Assembly (NCBI GenBank): GCA_904063045.1
Contig: CAJFCJ010000025.1
Location: 310,001 to 374,000 of the forward strand
Origin: Dimorphilus gyrociliatus
Lineage: Eukaryota; Animalia; Annelida
Reading direction: 5' to 3'
Length of the DNA: 64,000 bases
Every line of letters begins with the position of its first letter. Within the stretch, counting starts at the first letter, position 1. Below the pieces are notes generated by a model, which was not told the DNA's origin, ran no database searches, and saw nothing but the letters and a program-made list of their open reading frames with translations. This document shows, piece after piece, positions 37,744 to 56,939 of this stretch. Both the position numbers and the translations under genes were made by a program.

Positions 37744-40700
37744 ATGATCGATTCTTCAAATCTTACTCAATATGTTCTTGAAAATTATGGACGTAAACGG
37801 CAGGATTTAAGCATAGTTATTCCTATGATAATAATCTACATTATTATCTTTATTACTGGTGTCTTTGGAAATGTTGCAACATGCCTTATAATTGCAAAAA
37901 ATAGATATATGCAGGTAAAAAGAAACAAACCAACAATACCAATAATTACAATACTATTATAAAATGTATATGCAGTACTAAATATAGCTATTTGGTTCTT
38001 TTATATAAATATTCATTGACAAATTTCCCATCTTTTTATTTGTACTCCCCAGCAAGTATCAGATGATGCTTATAGAATCAGTGAATTATTTACAAGAAAT
38101 GATATAAATTTATATATAGTTAGAATAATACAAGTATTTTATTTAGCATGTATTCAAAGATCATATGTATTACCTTAAAAGCTAATCTTCATGATCAGAT
38201 CACATTTCAACTCAGCTATTAAAGTTTATTATCAAAAAGAGAACAATCAACATTATAAACTGTACTTAACAAATAAGAGAAGAGAAAAATTAATAATATT
38301 TTATGATTCATTAACAATTTTTCAGCTCGCTATGCTATTTACTTCTATTATTCGTGGAACACTAATTAATCGGAAATTAATGTTTTATAAGGGGGAAAAG
38401 GAATTAAAGTCTCATAATAACACTAGATAATGAAAGAAGAAAAATTAGGTGTAAAAGTTTTATACTCTTTAGACTACTGAAATTGAACGTTTAAGAAATT
38501 AAGAGAGAGCTTTTAGTATTCTTCAGAGTATTCTGATTATGTTTTTTTGTGTTGTACTTGACATATATGTTCTCAAAATCCAATAGAAATTCTTATGTAG
38601 TAATTATCAATTGTTTAATAATATAAAGTGTTATTTGAACTCTTTCACCCCGTATTACATATTTTTAGCTTTTTTATACGACTTTAGTTGATTTTATCTT
38701 TATTTCTCCCTATTAAAAAAAATGATACTTTCAAGCTAAAAAAAACAATAAAATATATTATAGTAGAAATAAACTCTGTCTATTTTCGTACTAATCTTTT
38801 CAGTAGCTTACCAACTACGTGACCAATTGCCGTAACCCTAGATAATTATTTTGATTCCGTGTATTCTCCTCTCCCCCGAATTATACATTCGTTATCAATC
38901 CTTCCTTTCTCTAAAAAGAGAACGTTACGTTACATCAGCACAAAGAAATATATTGTATAATATTATAGATCATTATTGAGGACTATCAATCATATAAAAG
39001 GGGAGAAAATTACTTTTCTTTCTTTAATAACTAATTCCCTATAATCTGTAAACCATTAAGGATTTGTAGAGAGAGATTATTAAAAATATCATTTTTTCCC
39101 CTTTCTAATTATACAACCTTTGAAATGTTTAACCTTTAAAATTTTTGAACAATTTAAATTGATTATATCATAATTTATTAGATAAAAAATCCTTCTTAAC
39201 CTTGTTCTATTCGTATATGATACTTTCTCTCATGATAGAGTTTCAATTGTTTACTTCTATTTAATTAAAATTTTATAATAAAGATTCCATATTGAAGTGT
39301 ATATAGTATACTTTAGATATAGAAAGTGAGCTCATTAGCAGTAAAATATGGTTTAGCTATAATACATCATAATTCTCATTTATGCTATCTCTCTCTCTCT
39401 CTCTCACTCTCTCTTTGTTATTAATCGACGTTTTGCTTTTGTTGTTTGCAAATCTACAGACACCCACCAACGCCTACCTCTTCAATCTGGCCGTCGCTGA
39501 TCTCATAGTTCTGATATTAGGTCTACCGCACGAAATTTGCATAACTTGGCAAACTTATCCAGATATTTTTGGTGGAATTTTTTGCGTGGCTCGTGCCCTT
39601 ATAGCCGAAACATCCACATACGCTAGTATATTGACTATTACTGCGTTTACCGCTGAAAGATATGTTGCTATATGTCATCCCATGTGGTCGCATACCATGT
39701 CCAAGATAAAAAGAGCCATAAAGATAATTATAATTATCTGGTTTGTATCTCTAGTGTGTGCAGCACCCTTAGCAAGCCAATTCGGCATAAAGAATTTACA
39801 GTGGAACATAACCGGTGAAGAGATTGATGGAACCGAAATATGTGATGTCGTCAGACCTTTAGAAAGGGTTTTTGAAATCTCATCCTTTCTTTTCTTCTTT
39901 ACACCAATGACAGTGATTGGTGCCCTCTACGCCCTTATAGGTTGGACGATAAGAAAAAGTACGATAAATAGAACCGGTAGCGATATATCTGATCAAAGTG
40001 GACATCCAACCGATTTTCGTACTCAACAACAGTCTAGAGCCAGAAGAGCTGTTTTAAAGATGCTAGGTAAATATAACACTTGTTAAGTTTTTAATTTTAT
40101 CGACAAAAATAATACTGACCTAGACGCTATTGTCTTTAATTAAAGCGCAAAAATTCTCTGTTTCTTTCAAGTTTTTTCTCCTAGATAATCATATACCTAA
40201 ATTAAACCAATTTATGTGACGCTTTTCAGACATATGTCATGGTTTTGTATTTTTTTTTTGTTGAAAAAAAATTTCACTCTTATGATTTTCTAAAAAAAAT
40301 ATCACAAGAAAATAGGAAAAAATAACTAGGCTGTTTTCTTAAGCGTCCAATTTATCAAAGGAAACGATTCCAGTCCGAATAGTTAATGGGCGGTTAGTGA
40401 CGTAAATTTTTATCATAGGGAAATAAATCCTAGAAGCTACTGGTTTCTTTTTCTTTCAATTTGATTGTTTAAATAGTAAAGAAATTGGCTATGTAATTAG
40501 TTTGTATTTCTCACGAGGAATCGGAAGATCGCATGATAAAAGAGATTTTTTAGATTTCATGCGTTAAAAACCTTTCAGAGTATCTTTCAGTAAGGATTTC
40601 ACGTTTGGATGGTTCGGATACGCTTGTCCGAGCTTCTTTAGCGTTTTCTTTATCAATAACCAAAAATCTTTTCCTAGTTGTCTTTCGATAAATGCATTAA

Positions 40701-41643
40701 AGAGGAAAGAGGCTTCCTACTAATACCTTGCCCAACCAATAATCCTACTGTACCATTCACCTCAACTTGTCAATCTTTTCTCAGTTTCTCATTCTCTCCC
40801 ACTTTTTTCCTTTCCACGTCCCTACTTTACATTTTTCCTTGTCTGCTATCCATCAATTCCCAGCGTCTAAGTCAGCACCATTTTTATAGCTGCCAGTGTC
40901 AGTTTCTTTTAGGATTGACCTTGTGCTCAATTAGGGTTAAATAAATAGTAAAAAATCTATTTTAAATAAATTTAGGCAAGATCATTCTTGATTTATTTAT
41001 ATATCAATCTAATAATAATGAATAGTTGTGATAAGGACACATTTAGGAATAAGTCATGATCTGAATACCTGTGAGCTTGCAAACATAAGTTTTATCAATT
41101 ATACTATGTACGAAGTCCTTGATATTTCCCTTTTAACAAGCTCTTTGATGAAAACTTGAAGAAAATGTCATATAAAATTTAACTAACTCTCAGATTAGTA
41201 GAATGACAGATTGATTGATTAACCTTTAATTCCCTATCTTACTTGAGGTATTAACTCATTTGTTGCTCCTTCTCTTTTTCAATAGTTAAATAAGAATGAA
41301 AAGAGAAAAATTCTCAAGTAAATAGTAAATTTATACCTTTCTTTTCTTTCTTCTTTTTTCCTTGAAGAAACTACCTTCCTTCCTTCCTCCGTTTCGTTTT
41401 TTACTTTTTAGTTTTATCTTTTCGTATCATTTTAATTAATCAGAAGATAATTTACATTATAAAATTCGCTCAATAACTAATTTACTAATCAGATAAAGGA
41501 TAATAGGCCTAATAAAAAATAAGTACAGTATACATTTTTTAAATGCTAAACCTAAATATCTAAGTCAAGGGCGAATGAGTAAACAGTATTGAAGAGAAGA
41601 AATAACTAAGCAAGAGGAAAGGACATAGTGAAAAGAGAAAGAG

Positions 41644-41676
<33 letters not shown>

Positions 41677-44117
41677 TTCAAAAGAAGTAGAAAAATTGCA
41701 TACTCTAGTATCTTCTTTTTATTACTGCTATCTTTTATTTTTTTATCGCATTCTCAACACCTTTAAGTAAAAATTGTAGCAGATATAAATATATATATAT
41801 ATATACTGTATATACAGTGTATACCGTATAAATTTACAAGACGCATAACGGTATATTTCTATTCTAAATATAGAATTATATAAAATCATTAACCGATAAA
41901 ACAGTTAAGAAAGAAAAAAACCAAAAACGATAAGAACCATATTATAAAAGAGTTTAACAGCAGAACCTGTTGTTTTTTTTCTCACTTGTCTAAAATGCAC
42001 ATTCCATTGAGGTTTTTTTTTCAAAATATTATTTATCAATTATTTATGTTGAAAAACAAGATTGATATAATTTACTCTCTTTAAGTATCGTTTGACTTGA
42101 GAATTGCGTAATTTTTAATGTGTACTTTAAAGATCTATAAAAAGTTGCTACTTTATATTTTCATACTAAAAATATAGAGAGGAAACGAATAATAGCGTTT
42201 TCTTTTTCGTTTATATTTATTTTCTTCTATTTCTCTCTCTCTCTCTCTGTAGATGTATATATATATATACAGTATATCATTTTCAGTCTTTTATCCTCTA
42301 AACTTTTACTTAAGGGAATAGAGAAATGCAAAATGTTTATCTTTCCTTACACCAATAAATCCAAGATAGTTTGGACGTGCTTAAAATTAGAAAACTAACT
42401 GTATCAAAAGACGACTAGCTCAACCATTAATATATTTTTATAAATGCGCTATTATTCTTAGAACTAAGCCATTTTTTATCAAATCTTATACATAATAAAT
42501 AAAATCTCTTTCTATTCTTGTCTTTTATTGAGTTTAATGATAGAAACTTGAAAAGTTTTACACGTTCAATACACCTATATGTATACTTGGCAAACGTTAA
42601 ATATTTAGTTATAGTAGATAATTCAAAAGAGAGAGAAAAAAAGGCAAACAATTGCACAAGTTGAAAAAAATACGTTTCTCTAGATTCTATTCCAGTTAAA
42701 TTCCCTGTAGGGATAGATGGAAAGATGTCAAAATCATCTTAAATGTTCTGATATAAGAAATATTACCACTACGATCTTGTTTGTTTAAATTTAGTTTTCA
42801 GAATAAACATTAACAGTAACTATATGAGCAACATAATCGTTAAATACTCAATGGTCTTATTATCCCTTTAAATTTCTCCTATCACCCTGCTATAAAGAGC
42901 AAAATATAAAGCATCTCATATTTCCCATCAAGAACATAAAAGCCGTCAAATAATCATTGCGGACCTCTTGAATCTTTTTTTTTTCAACCCTTTCATTCCT
43001 TCTCTAGCATTCCTTTATAATAAAAAGAAAAATTAATTTTCTCTCCTATCTCGAGCCAATGCAATAATCTTCCTATCAAAAATTTTCGGTACAACCGAAG
43101 GTTAAACACACCATAAATGTTATATCAGCTGCTTACAAGAGCCCTGATTGTTTATATGAAACTGCTACATTCATTATATGTTTACTTTAGCAGATGAACA
43201 AATAAATTATTAGATTAATTAAAGGGATTTTAAGTTATAAATAGTAGTATTTCAGATTTTTAAATTATACCATCTTAAAACTGTGGAAATAAGCCTATAA
43301 ACAATTAATTAGGTTTAATAAACTTCATATTCAAACCATTAATTAATTGGTTTTTGTAATGAGATCAAATTCAAAGTTTAAAAACAAGAATATATAAAGT
43401 ATATCCTGTATGATATACATATATGTTTATAAATATACATAAAATAATTTATTCATTGATTTCTTAACTACAATAATTAAGTGAGATTACTAGTAAGGAG
43501 CTAGGTGTTAACTTTAAATTACTAGAGTTAGAGCCTTTTGTCCTTGACCTGAATCATGTTTCTGCCATATATTTCTTTTTACTGGCTCTTTTTTTTTACT
43601 AAGTAATTAATAATTTGTTATATTTAGTTACACTACTTAGATAACTAAAAAAAATAGAGAAACACAGTGATTTATAAGCCTTTTTATATGCTAACCAAAA
43701 AAATGTTATCTTTTTTCCCTTCATTTTCATTTGAATAGTCATTAAATTTCAATTTACTTCTTAATTAAGAAAGTCAATCCGTTTGGGATTGATAAGGCAA
43801 GGGTTAGTGGATGTTTGCAGTAAATTGCGCAATTGACTTTACAACTCTTCTCAAACGATTAGGAAATCAACATTAAGAAGTCGTTTTAACGGAAAATGAA
43901 ATGGAAAATATTGTTATCCTCTAAAGGGAAATTTTTAGTTCTTTATTGAAGAAAGATAAAATAAATGGCTCCACATTAGAGATATATAATATATTGTATG
44001 TCTATACATACTCTATATATATTTACATATTTACTACATATTGTAACGCCGTCTATCGGACGAAGAATGAATGCATATTTGTACTTTCCCTTCCAATCAT
44101 TTCATTTCCTATAGCAA

Positions 44118-44161
<44 letters not shown>

Positions 44162-47100
44162 TATATATATATATATGGATACTCTTCTAACAACCCTTGG
44201 AATCTTCAAAGGAGAAACATTTTTCTTAAAAAAGATTCAGGTCAAGCACCAACAGTGCATTTGATATATGAATGAATCGATAGCGTCTGCGTGCACACAG
44301 ACTAAAAGGAAGAATTTAGCCTTTATTAACTGCCCATTTTAATATCCGACCTGTCAGTAATCTAATATTGATTTCAGCCTACATATTTTTTTTCATAATC
44401 GTTATTTTCCATCTGATTAATTCCAAATAAAATTGCTATTTTCTTTCTGAACTGACTGTAGTAAATTAACCATCACTTAAGATAAATCGAACAATTATTA
44501 TTGCCAAAATTACTTAAGTGTAATGATGTTTTCATATAAACTCTTGATGAATTGACTTTATTATCCTATACTTTTTAATAGGTATTATAACTATACAATA
44601 GAAGAGAAAAGAAGATAAATCTCATCTCTTTTATTATATAAAATGATTAATTTCTAAAGTTTATTTCCAGGAAAAAAACATATCAGACGTTGTTATCACC
44701 CTTTACCATCGTAGAGAAACGTATATTAAGCATCTAAAGTATCTAAATCTAAAAAAAAGTGTAATCTATGCAATCTACCTAGTGCTACTAAGAGTCGATG
44801 ATAAAAAACTTTCTTTTTCTAACTTTTTTCAAAGTATTACTTAGTAAGAAAGTGTAACTTGTATATAAATATTCATAGAAGTGATTGCGCTATTAATAAT
44901 AATTTAATAAGTTTAATACTTTGTAGTTCTATCTTTGCCCTAAATAAAAAGAGTACATATTGATGATAAACAAGTGGAAAATAGTTGAACGTGCAAAGTT
45001 TACGAAAATATCGGTTGTCTCGTTTTTCAGCATATAATTTGAAATCTCTAGAGGCTTTTTCAGTGATTGAAACTAATCTTATTGAGTAAAGATACTTCTA
45101 AAACTGCCAAAAGTTAACAAGATTTTTTTTTATTTCTTTCTTTTCCTTCTTCTATTTTTTATCTTTTTTTCTCCTGTTTCACTTTTATTATTGCAAAACT
45201 ATTATTTATTGAAATGCTTTACTCACCAAAAGTAACAATTTGATTTGCCTCGAATTACCTTTAAAGAAATGTCATAAAACAGACTTGTAGCAGTAATTGC
45301 TTAGATGTAGTGAAACAATTTTCTCTTTACCTGAAGGTAACAAGGTCACAAAAAAAGAATTATAGATAATAACTTTTCTCTCTCTCTCTCTCTCTCTTTT
45401 TTTTCCCCCTTATTTGACGTTTATTGTACACTTATGTAACAATATGTCAGTGAATAATAAAGAAGAAATACTTGATAATCTAGTCGGATAATAAGTTGTA
45501 AAAATGAAACACAAGAGGTAGTCACCTAAGTTATATCTTACAAAGGGAATCTACTAATACTTGCACCCGGTACTTGTATTAGTAGAAAGGCTATAAAGAG
45601 AAAGATTAATTGGAAATAGACGAACATCAATAGAGGCAAACCTAAGAAAATAAATTAAGAAAAACGAACCAATTTTGCTAAAATCTCATTCTAACTTCTT
45701 AAACAAGGAGACCATTAGGGAAATAATGAAAAGTATCTTTCAAGACGTTTATTAGATATATACTAAAATCATTACTAAAGAGAATTCGCCTTTTATATAC
45801 AGTAGATTATATAAAATGAAAGTTTTATTTATTCCTTTACCATCACTTGTACTGTTTATAGATTTTATTATTTTTACTTTGCTTGATTATATCATTTCTT
45901 TTTTATATTTTGTTTTTAATTATGTCAAAGATAAATAGAACAACACATTATTATCGTTTTAATGTGTTTTTCGTGTTTTTCGTAAAAGTTGTGTTGTTAT
46001 TATTGGATTATTTTAAGAGGGAACAGGTGAGCTTGTAAAATGAAAAAACAACGTAAAGGAGTGGCTCTTTCTTTTCTATGTTAAATCTGGAAACTATTAA
46101 GTTGCGATAGAACAGTGAAAAAATATCATTGGAATGTTACTTATTTGTGATTTTGATTAAAATAGAAACATGAAGATATAGGAAAATTTCTCTTTTCATT
46201 CTCCAATAATATATTGCCTTGTTTTCACTTTACATATGAGAATAACTAAAAGAAAGAGTGAAATATTTATATATTTTCTATATCGGAAACTATGCTTAAC
46301 GTTATTAACAAGTGGTTTGCTCAGGTACTTTACTTGTACTTGAACTAAGCTTAGCTTGCAATTAAATAAAGTGGGATTCTGTCCAACTAGCACGTTTTGG
46401 TTGAAACCGGAAGTTGGAAAAAGAGGCAGGCGCCTGAAAAATAATGCCTCTCAAGCTTAATAAACGAGGCAATCGTTCCTTATAGGCTTTCTGATTGATG
46501 AGCCTTTTTTCTTTTACAGTCGCCGTCGTCGTTGCCTTCTTTGTCTGTTGGGCTCCATTTCACACTCAAAGACTATTGACAACATACGCTCCGGAGAAAG
46601 AACAGCAAAAAGAGCCTCTACAATCTGTTCTTAGAGTTCTTTTCTATGTTTCTGGTATCTTGTATTATGTGTCATCTGTAATCAATCCAATACTCTACAA
46701 TATCATGTCAATCAAGTTTCGTCAGGCATTTCTTCACACACTCTTCAAACCCTGTAGAAAACCTCAGAATCGAGCAACAAAAAGAAGACTAGCCAAAGCA
46801 GCTTATCAATTTGCAGGTGAGAACAAACGTATCTAAATTTTTGTGTTGAAAACAACATATTAACATTGTAAACTAATTACTTGTACAATTATCTAAAAAG
46901 TAAGATAATTTAAGAAAAGAGGAAGAGAAACTCCTCCATACAGAACAATATACATACATTTATTTTATATAATTAAAGAAAAAACACCAAAACAGAAATA
47001 GGAATTTCTTTATTGTTTACTTTGTGCTATTACTTGTTTTCTTCCCTCCCTTAAACCAACTCATTTTCGGGAGGAAGAGAAGATGAAGATACTTATTTAC

Positions 47101-48715
47101 AATATTTATTCTAAATCTATCTTCATATTTAGCACCTTCTCTTCCACTTAAAATCTATCAATTCACTAATGAAAGTTTTTTTCCTATCTATGCACTGTGT
47201 CAATCTCTCTCAATCCATTCCTTTATACCAGATATTGTAGTATAAGCAGTACATACAGAATATTGAAAGAAATAAACATATTTTATATTATTTAATATAT
47301 AATCTATTATTCTATTAATTTCCTTGTTTATTTTATTATTTATCAATAAACAAAGTAATATTGCAGTTTTTTCCTTTATTTATATTGTTACTACTATTAT
47401 CTGCAATTTTCCGTTAATTATTTATTTATTTTTTGTCTCTAATTTCATTCTATCCTTTCCTACCCCTCCCTCCCATTGTCTTCACTCTTCACCTCTTTAT
47501 TTTTTCCTCCTTCTTCTTCTCTTCTTTCCCATCATCCCTTTTACTTTTTCCTTAAGAGCTTTTTACATTTGTTTCAAATTTTCTTCCATTAGTGTTTTCC
47601 AAATAGCAAACTATTAGATTCCTCATTAACACAGAAATTAAGACAGTATTGCCTCAATACTTAGTGTAGTATAGCCTATGTGACTCTGTAAGTATTCTTC
47701 CGTAACAGCTGTGGAAGCCTTCCCCGAAAAAATTGATTATTCCCTTTAAAATAACAAAGTTAATGGAAGAGCAGAATGACGCTCCCAGGCCGTCTAAAAA
47801 CCCTTTCTTTTAACTCAACCTCGTAATAAATTTAAGATATTCTCTAATTAAAATTCTTTTTTATAGTAATTAGGACAGAAAATTGTTTACTTGTATAAAA
47901 AAAAAAGTATATCTCTAATCGTTACTTGCTTCTATTTTCCTTTAAATAAGTCTTTGTTGTAGTTCATCGTATAAATATACATATATCTAAATATATACAG
48001 TAGTACTAGAACTCATTTTTCCCCCCTCCCTAAAATATTATTCTGAATATCACGTGTGAGTGATTCTATTAAGAGTTATCGATGTAATTTTTCACTTGGC
48101 CAAATCTGTCAGAAAGGATTCCACCATATTTTTGTTGATTATTGTTATTACAGTATTTATAACAAAAACTTTTCAATTGTGCATTTTCCCAATTAGGAGG
48201 GAAGTTTCCATTTTACTCAATATTCCTTTTATAGATGTATACATTCATAATCCCGAAAGGCTTTTTTAGTATTTAGGCTATATACCTCTTTAATTTATGG
48301 ATAGATGGCGCCTTGAATTTTTATTCTAGCGTATTGGTACTTGGTCTAATAATTAAAGAATGTAAATTTTCTAACAAAGCTACTTGTACTTGTTCTTTTT
48401 TGTGACAAGTAATCTTGTGTACACTTTATTATCTTTAAAAAACGTTTACTAATTGCAGGTAGGCCTCTTTTGCCGTATACGAAAACAACAGCAATGAATG
48501 GAACGTCAAGAAAGGTGACATCTAGAAACGCCCAATTACACCTTAGACGTCACCAAGAGGATGTTGTACCAAGTACAAGTTCAGTAAAGACAAACTCTAA
48601 TAAAGAAGAGTTTGAACTTTTGGCTAGGGATATAATATTGACAGATTTTAAATCAGCTCCGTGTAGTTCCGCTGTTGTCGTTAGCTCAAATAGGCCATTT
48701 CATAGTTATGCTTGA
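37744..48715 (+). CDS. Class A neuropeptide GPCR, neuromedin-U/pyrokinin/CAPA (PRXamide) receptor family; 4 exons (37744-37914, 39460-40066, 46520-46816, 48459-48715)
   Basis: TM1 GVFGNVATC; TM2 TPTNAYLFNLAVADL; TM3 FTAERYVAICHP; TM5 FFFTPMTVIGALY; TM6 FFVCWAPFHTQRL (family hallmark); TM7 SSVINPILYNIMS. GT-AG junctions with phases 0, 1, 1. Confidence 0.92.
48302..48311 (+). promoter_or_regulatory. CTCF-like motif TAGATGGCGC in the last GPCR intron
   Basis: Core match only. Confidence 0.35.
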
Positions 48716-49452
48716 AAACTATATTAAAGAAGCTATTTTGTAAGCGAAGAGAAAAGGCAATGAAAGAAAAGGAAAAATCGTTGATACATGCTGTTTCATT
48801 GTGCTGCGAAGATGGTATTTTCAACTTTTACAAAGGGAAAAACAAAGAGGAAAGACTCTTCTCTTTTCTTTTTCTAACTGAGTTTTTTACAACTTTTTTT
48901 TAAAGAGAAAACTGAAAAGTATATACATTCAAGTGGAAAGAAATTAATACTTGATTGACTATATTAAAATGGATGATTTAAACCTTTCTTTTTAATATCT
49001 TATTCTTTTTCTATGGGTCACTGGTGTTCAGCTTCAACATCTTGCCAATGTTTGACAAGTCTAATGAGCATTTCTCTCTTTGGACAAAGAACACTGAAAA
49101 TTTTCTATATAAAAAAGAAAACGAATAAAAAAAAGACAAGTAAAGATTATAAATGAAAAACAAATACTTTTAAATAAGAAATGAATTAAGTAAAAATAGT
49201 ATTAAAAATACTATTTTTTCTATATTCAATAGGAATTATGATAATGCTTAATGAAGGTTTTAAATTATATTAAAATATACTTTTGAATCTAAAATAACTA
49301 ATAATCTTTTCCATTTAATTCTATATTCTGTATTTAGATTATCTTTCTTAAACATTCAATCGCCATTTTTGTTATTTACGTTTCTTATTAAATATTTTTA
49401 ACAATCAAACAATCAACTTTGCTAGTTTGTGCTAACAAAATCAAAGCTGTTT

Positions 49453-52118
<2,666 letters not shown>

Positions 52119-53857
52119 ATTTTTAGCCAATATTTCTATATAATAAAGAAGCTATTTAAATAGAATATAGTTTCTTATAGTAGATTATAATCATCCCAAA
52201 CATTCTCTAACATATTAATAATCGTTAAAGAGTTTAGTTCAACGTACCGCTGTTATCTTTGTATAAAGTATAATAAATTGTATAACAGATATACAATATT
52301 CACATATTTTGATATAGAAAACGTTATCTTTTACAGTAGATTTAATATAGTTTGTGATACTTTATGACATATTTTTGTTATAAAGAAGATTATAAATAAA
52401 TATTTGTATTAAAGTTATTATAATTTATAAGTCGTTTCTAAGTCCGTACTAATAACGTAATTACAATAGAGAAAGAAAAATGAGCTTCTTTGAAAGTTAA
52501 TTAATATACATCTTTTATTGTTTTAATATATCAAACAAATGACTTAATTAACCTTTACTATCGTATTTTTCATTAATTTTATATAATTTCATATTTTACC
52601 TAAGATTTATCAAAATTTCATTAAAGCTAGCTATTGATTTCCCTATTATCACTCTGAGACAATGAACATGATAGTTCGAAAACTAGTATACTCATATATC
52701 TAGATATTTAAAAATGTTAGATGAAATAATTTCGAATAAAATACACTTTTTACTATCTAAATATAGTTTATGACAATTAAATAAACGTAAATCTATTAAT
52801 TATTAGCTATTATATTAAAGTTAAAATAGAAAATTAAATTAAACCTCTTCATCAACCGCGTCTAAATTTCTAAAGTTCAAAAACTTGGGCTGTCTAATAT
52901 ATATTCAAGCAAATCAAACTTATATATTAAAATGGATATCGTAAGTATAATCGAATTGTATTTCTACTCTCTTTAATATTTATTATGACTCATCTGTAAA
53001 GCTGTTTCTGTATTTGAAGATTAACGGTACAAGGGTGGAAATGTATTAAACTTTCCGCTTAATTGTTTTTCCTCTTACTATTACGTAACAACTAAATTAG
53101 GTAGTAATATGTGTTTTTCCCGCAAATTTGACCTACTTCGTACTAAATGTATCAAAGGTGAAAATAAAGACATTAACTATTTATTCCAAGATTTTCTTCT
53201 TAGCATTGTTTTATATTCTCAATCTTCTTTCGAATTAGGAACTAGAGCGATATTACAAGAAGTCTTACTTTTTGAACTTGTCATAGGGTATTAGGGAAAA
53301 ATATCTAAGTTAAGAAAGATTAGCCGTACCTCAATCAAATTCTACAACTTACTATTTTGGCTATTAATTAGAAAAGCTACTAATATAAATATTTCACTAT
53401 TTTTACCTTATCTTCTTAAATAGAAATGAACTAGAAAGAAACTAAAACTAGAACAAGCTATGGATTTTTATTACGTTCAACTCTAATAAAGCAAAAAGCC
53501 TTATCTTTTTTTTTGCATACCTTAATCATTTATTCCATAGAAACACTTGGTATAAGCAGTATGTTCTGATTGTTCTAATAGATTACCAAGCAAAGAGTTT
53601 CGTATAAGGAGTACGTTTACAAAATTGAAAATAGTGCTGTTATCTAAATAATTTAGATTATAAAACTTTAATTTCTTTACTATTAAACTATTGAAAAAAT
53701 ATAAAAGGATGCTAATATGTTGACTCTCTTATAGGCCAAAAAAATTTTAGCTTTCAGATAAGGTGTATTATATATATATATATATTTTATATGTTTATGA
53801 AGACAATCTCTAATTGAAAATAAACGTTTACAGCACACAAGGCAAATACGTCAAGAT

Positions 53858-56488
<2,631 letters not shown>

Positions 56489-56939
56489 TTTGCTACATTT
56501 TGATTGTAATAGATAAAATAAGTGTTTATTTTCAGATGAATTAATATCGAAAAACTTAATTTATCAAAAATAAAATATCAACTATCAAGACTTTATCTCT
56601 CTATTGGGAATATTGATTTTGTTGAAAAATTATTAGCCATTATGAACCTATATATAATTTTTTTCCTTTGCCCCTTCCTTAACTGTTTCTCCTCTTAATA
56701 ACTACGCTCAAGATTTATATAAATATAAAGTTTAGCCTCTCCAATCCCACCAAAACATGAAGTAAAATCTAGCAGTGAAGTTTAAATTAGAAAATTATCT
56801 CTCTATTAAACTTAGTTTTCAGCAAGCTTCCAATAAATTTACTCAGCTGCTGTTGATTATAGATGTGAGAGAATTAAGCGTCTCAAATTATAATGAAAGA
56901 AAAACTTGTATTATATAACACAGAATGGAATAGAAATCG

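Noticed and set aside
40550-40950. GC-elevated patch with TATAAAA and short open stretches in GPCR intron 2 as a solo LTR or nested gene
   Set aside because: Stops in all frames, no TG...CA ends, target duplication or second copy in the window. A repeat-library search is needed.
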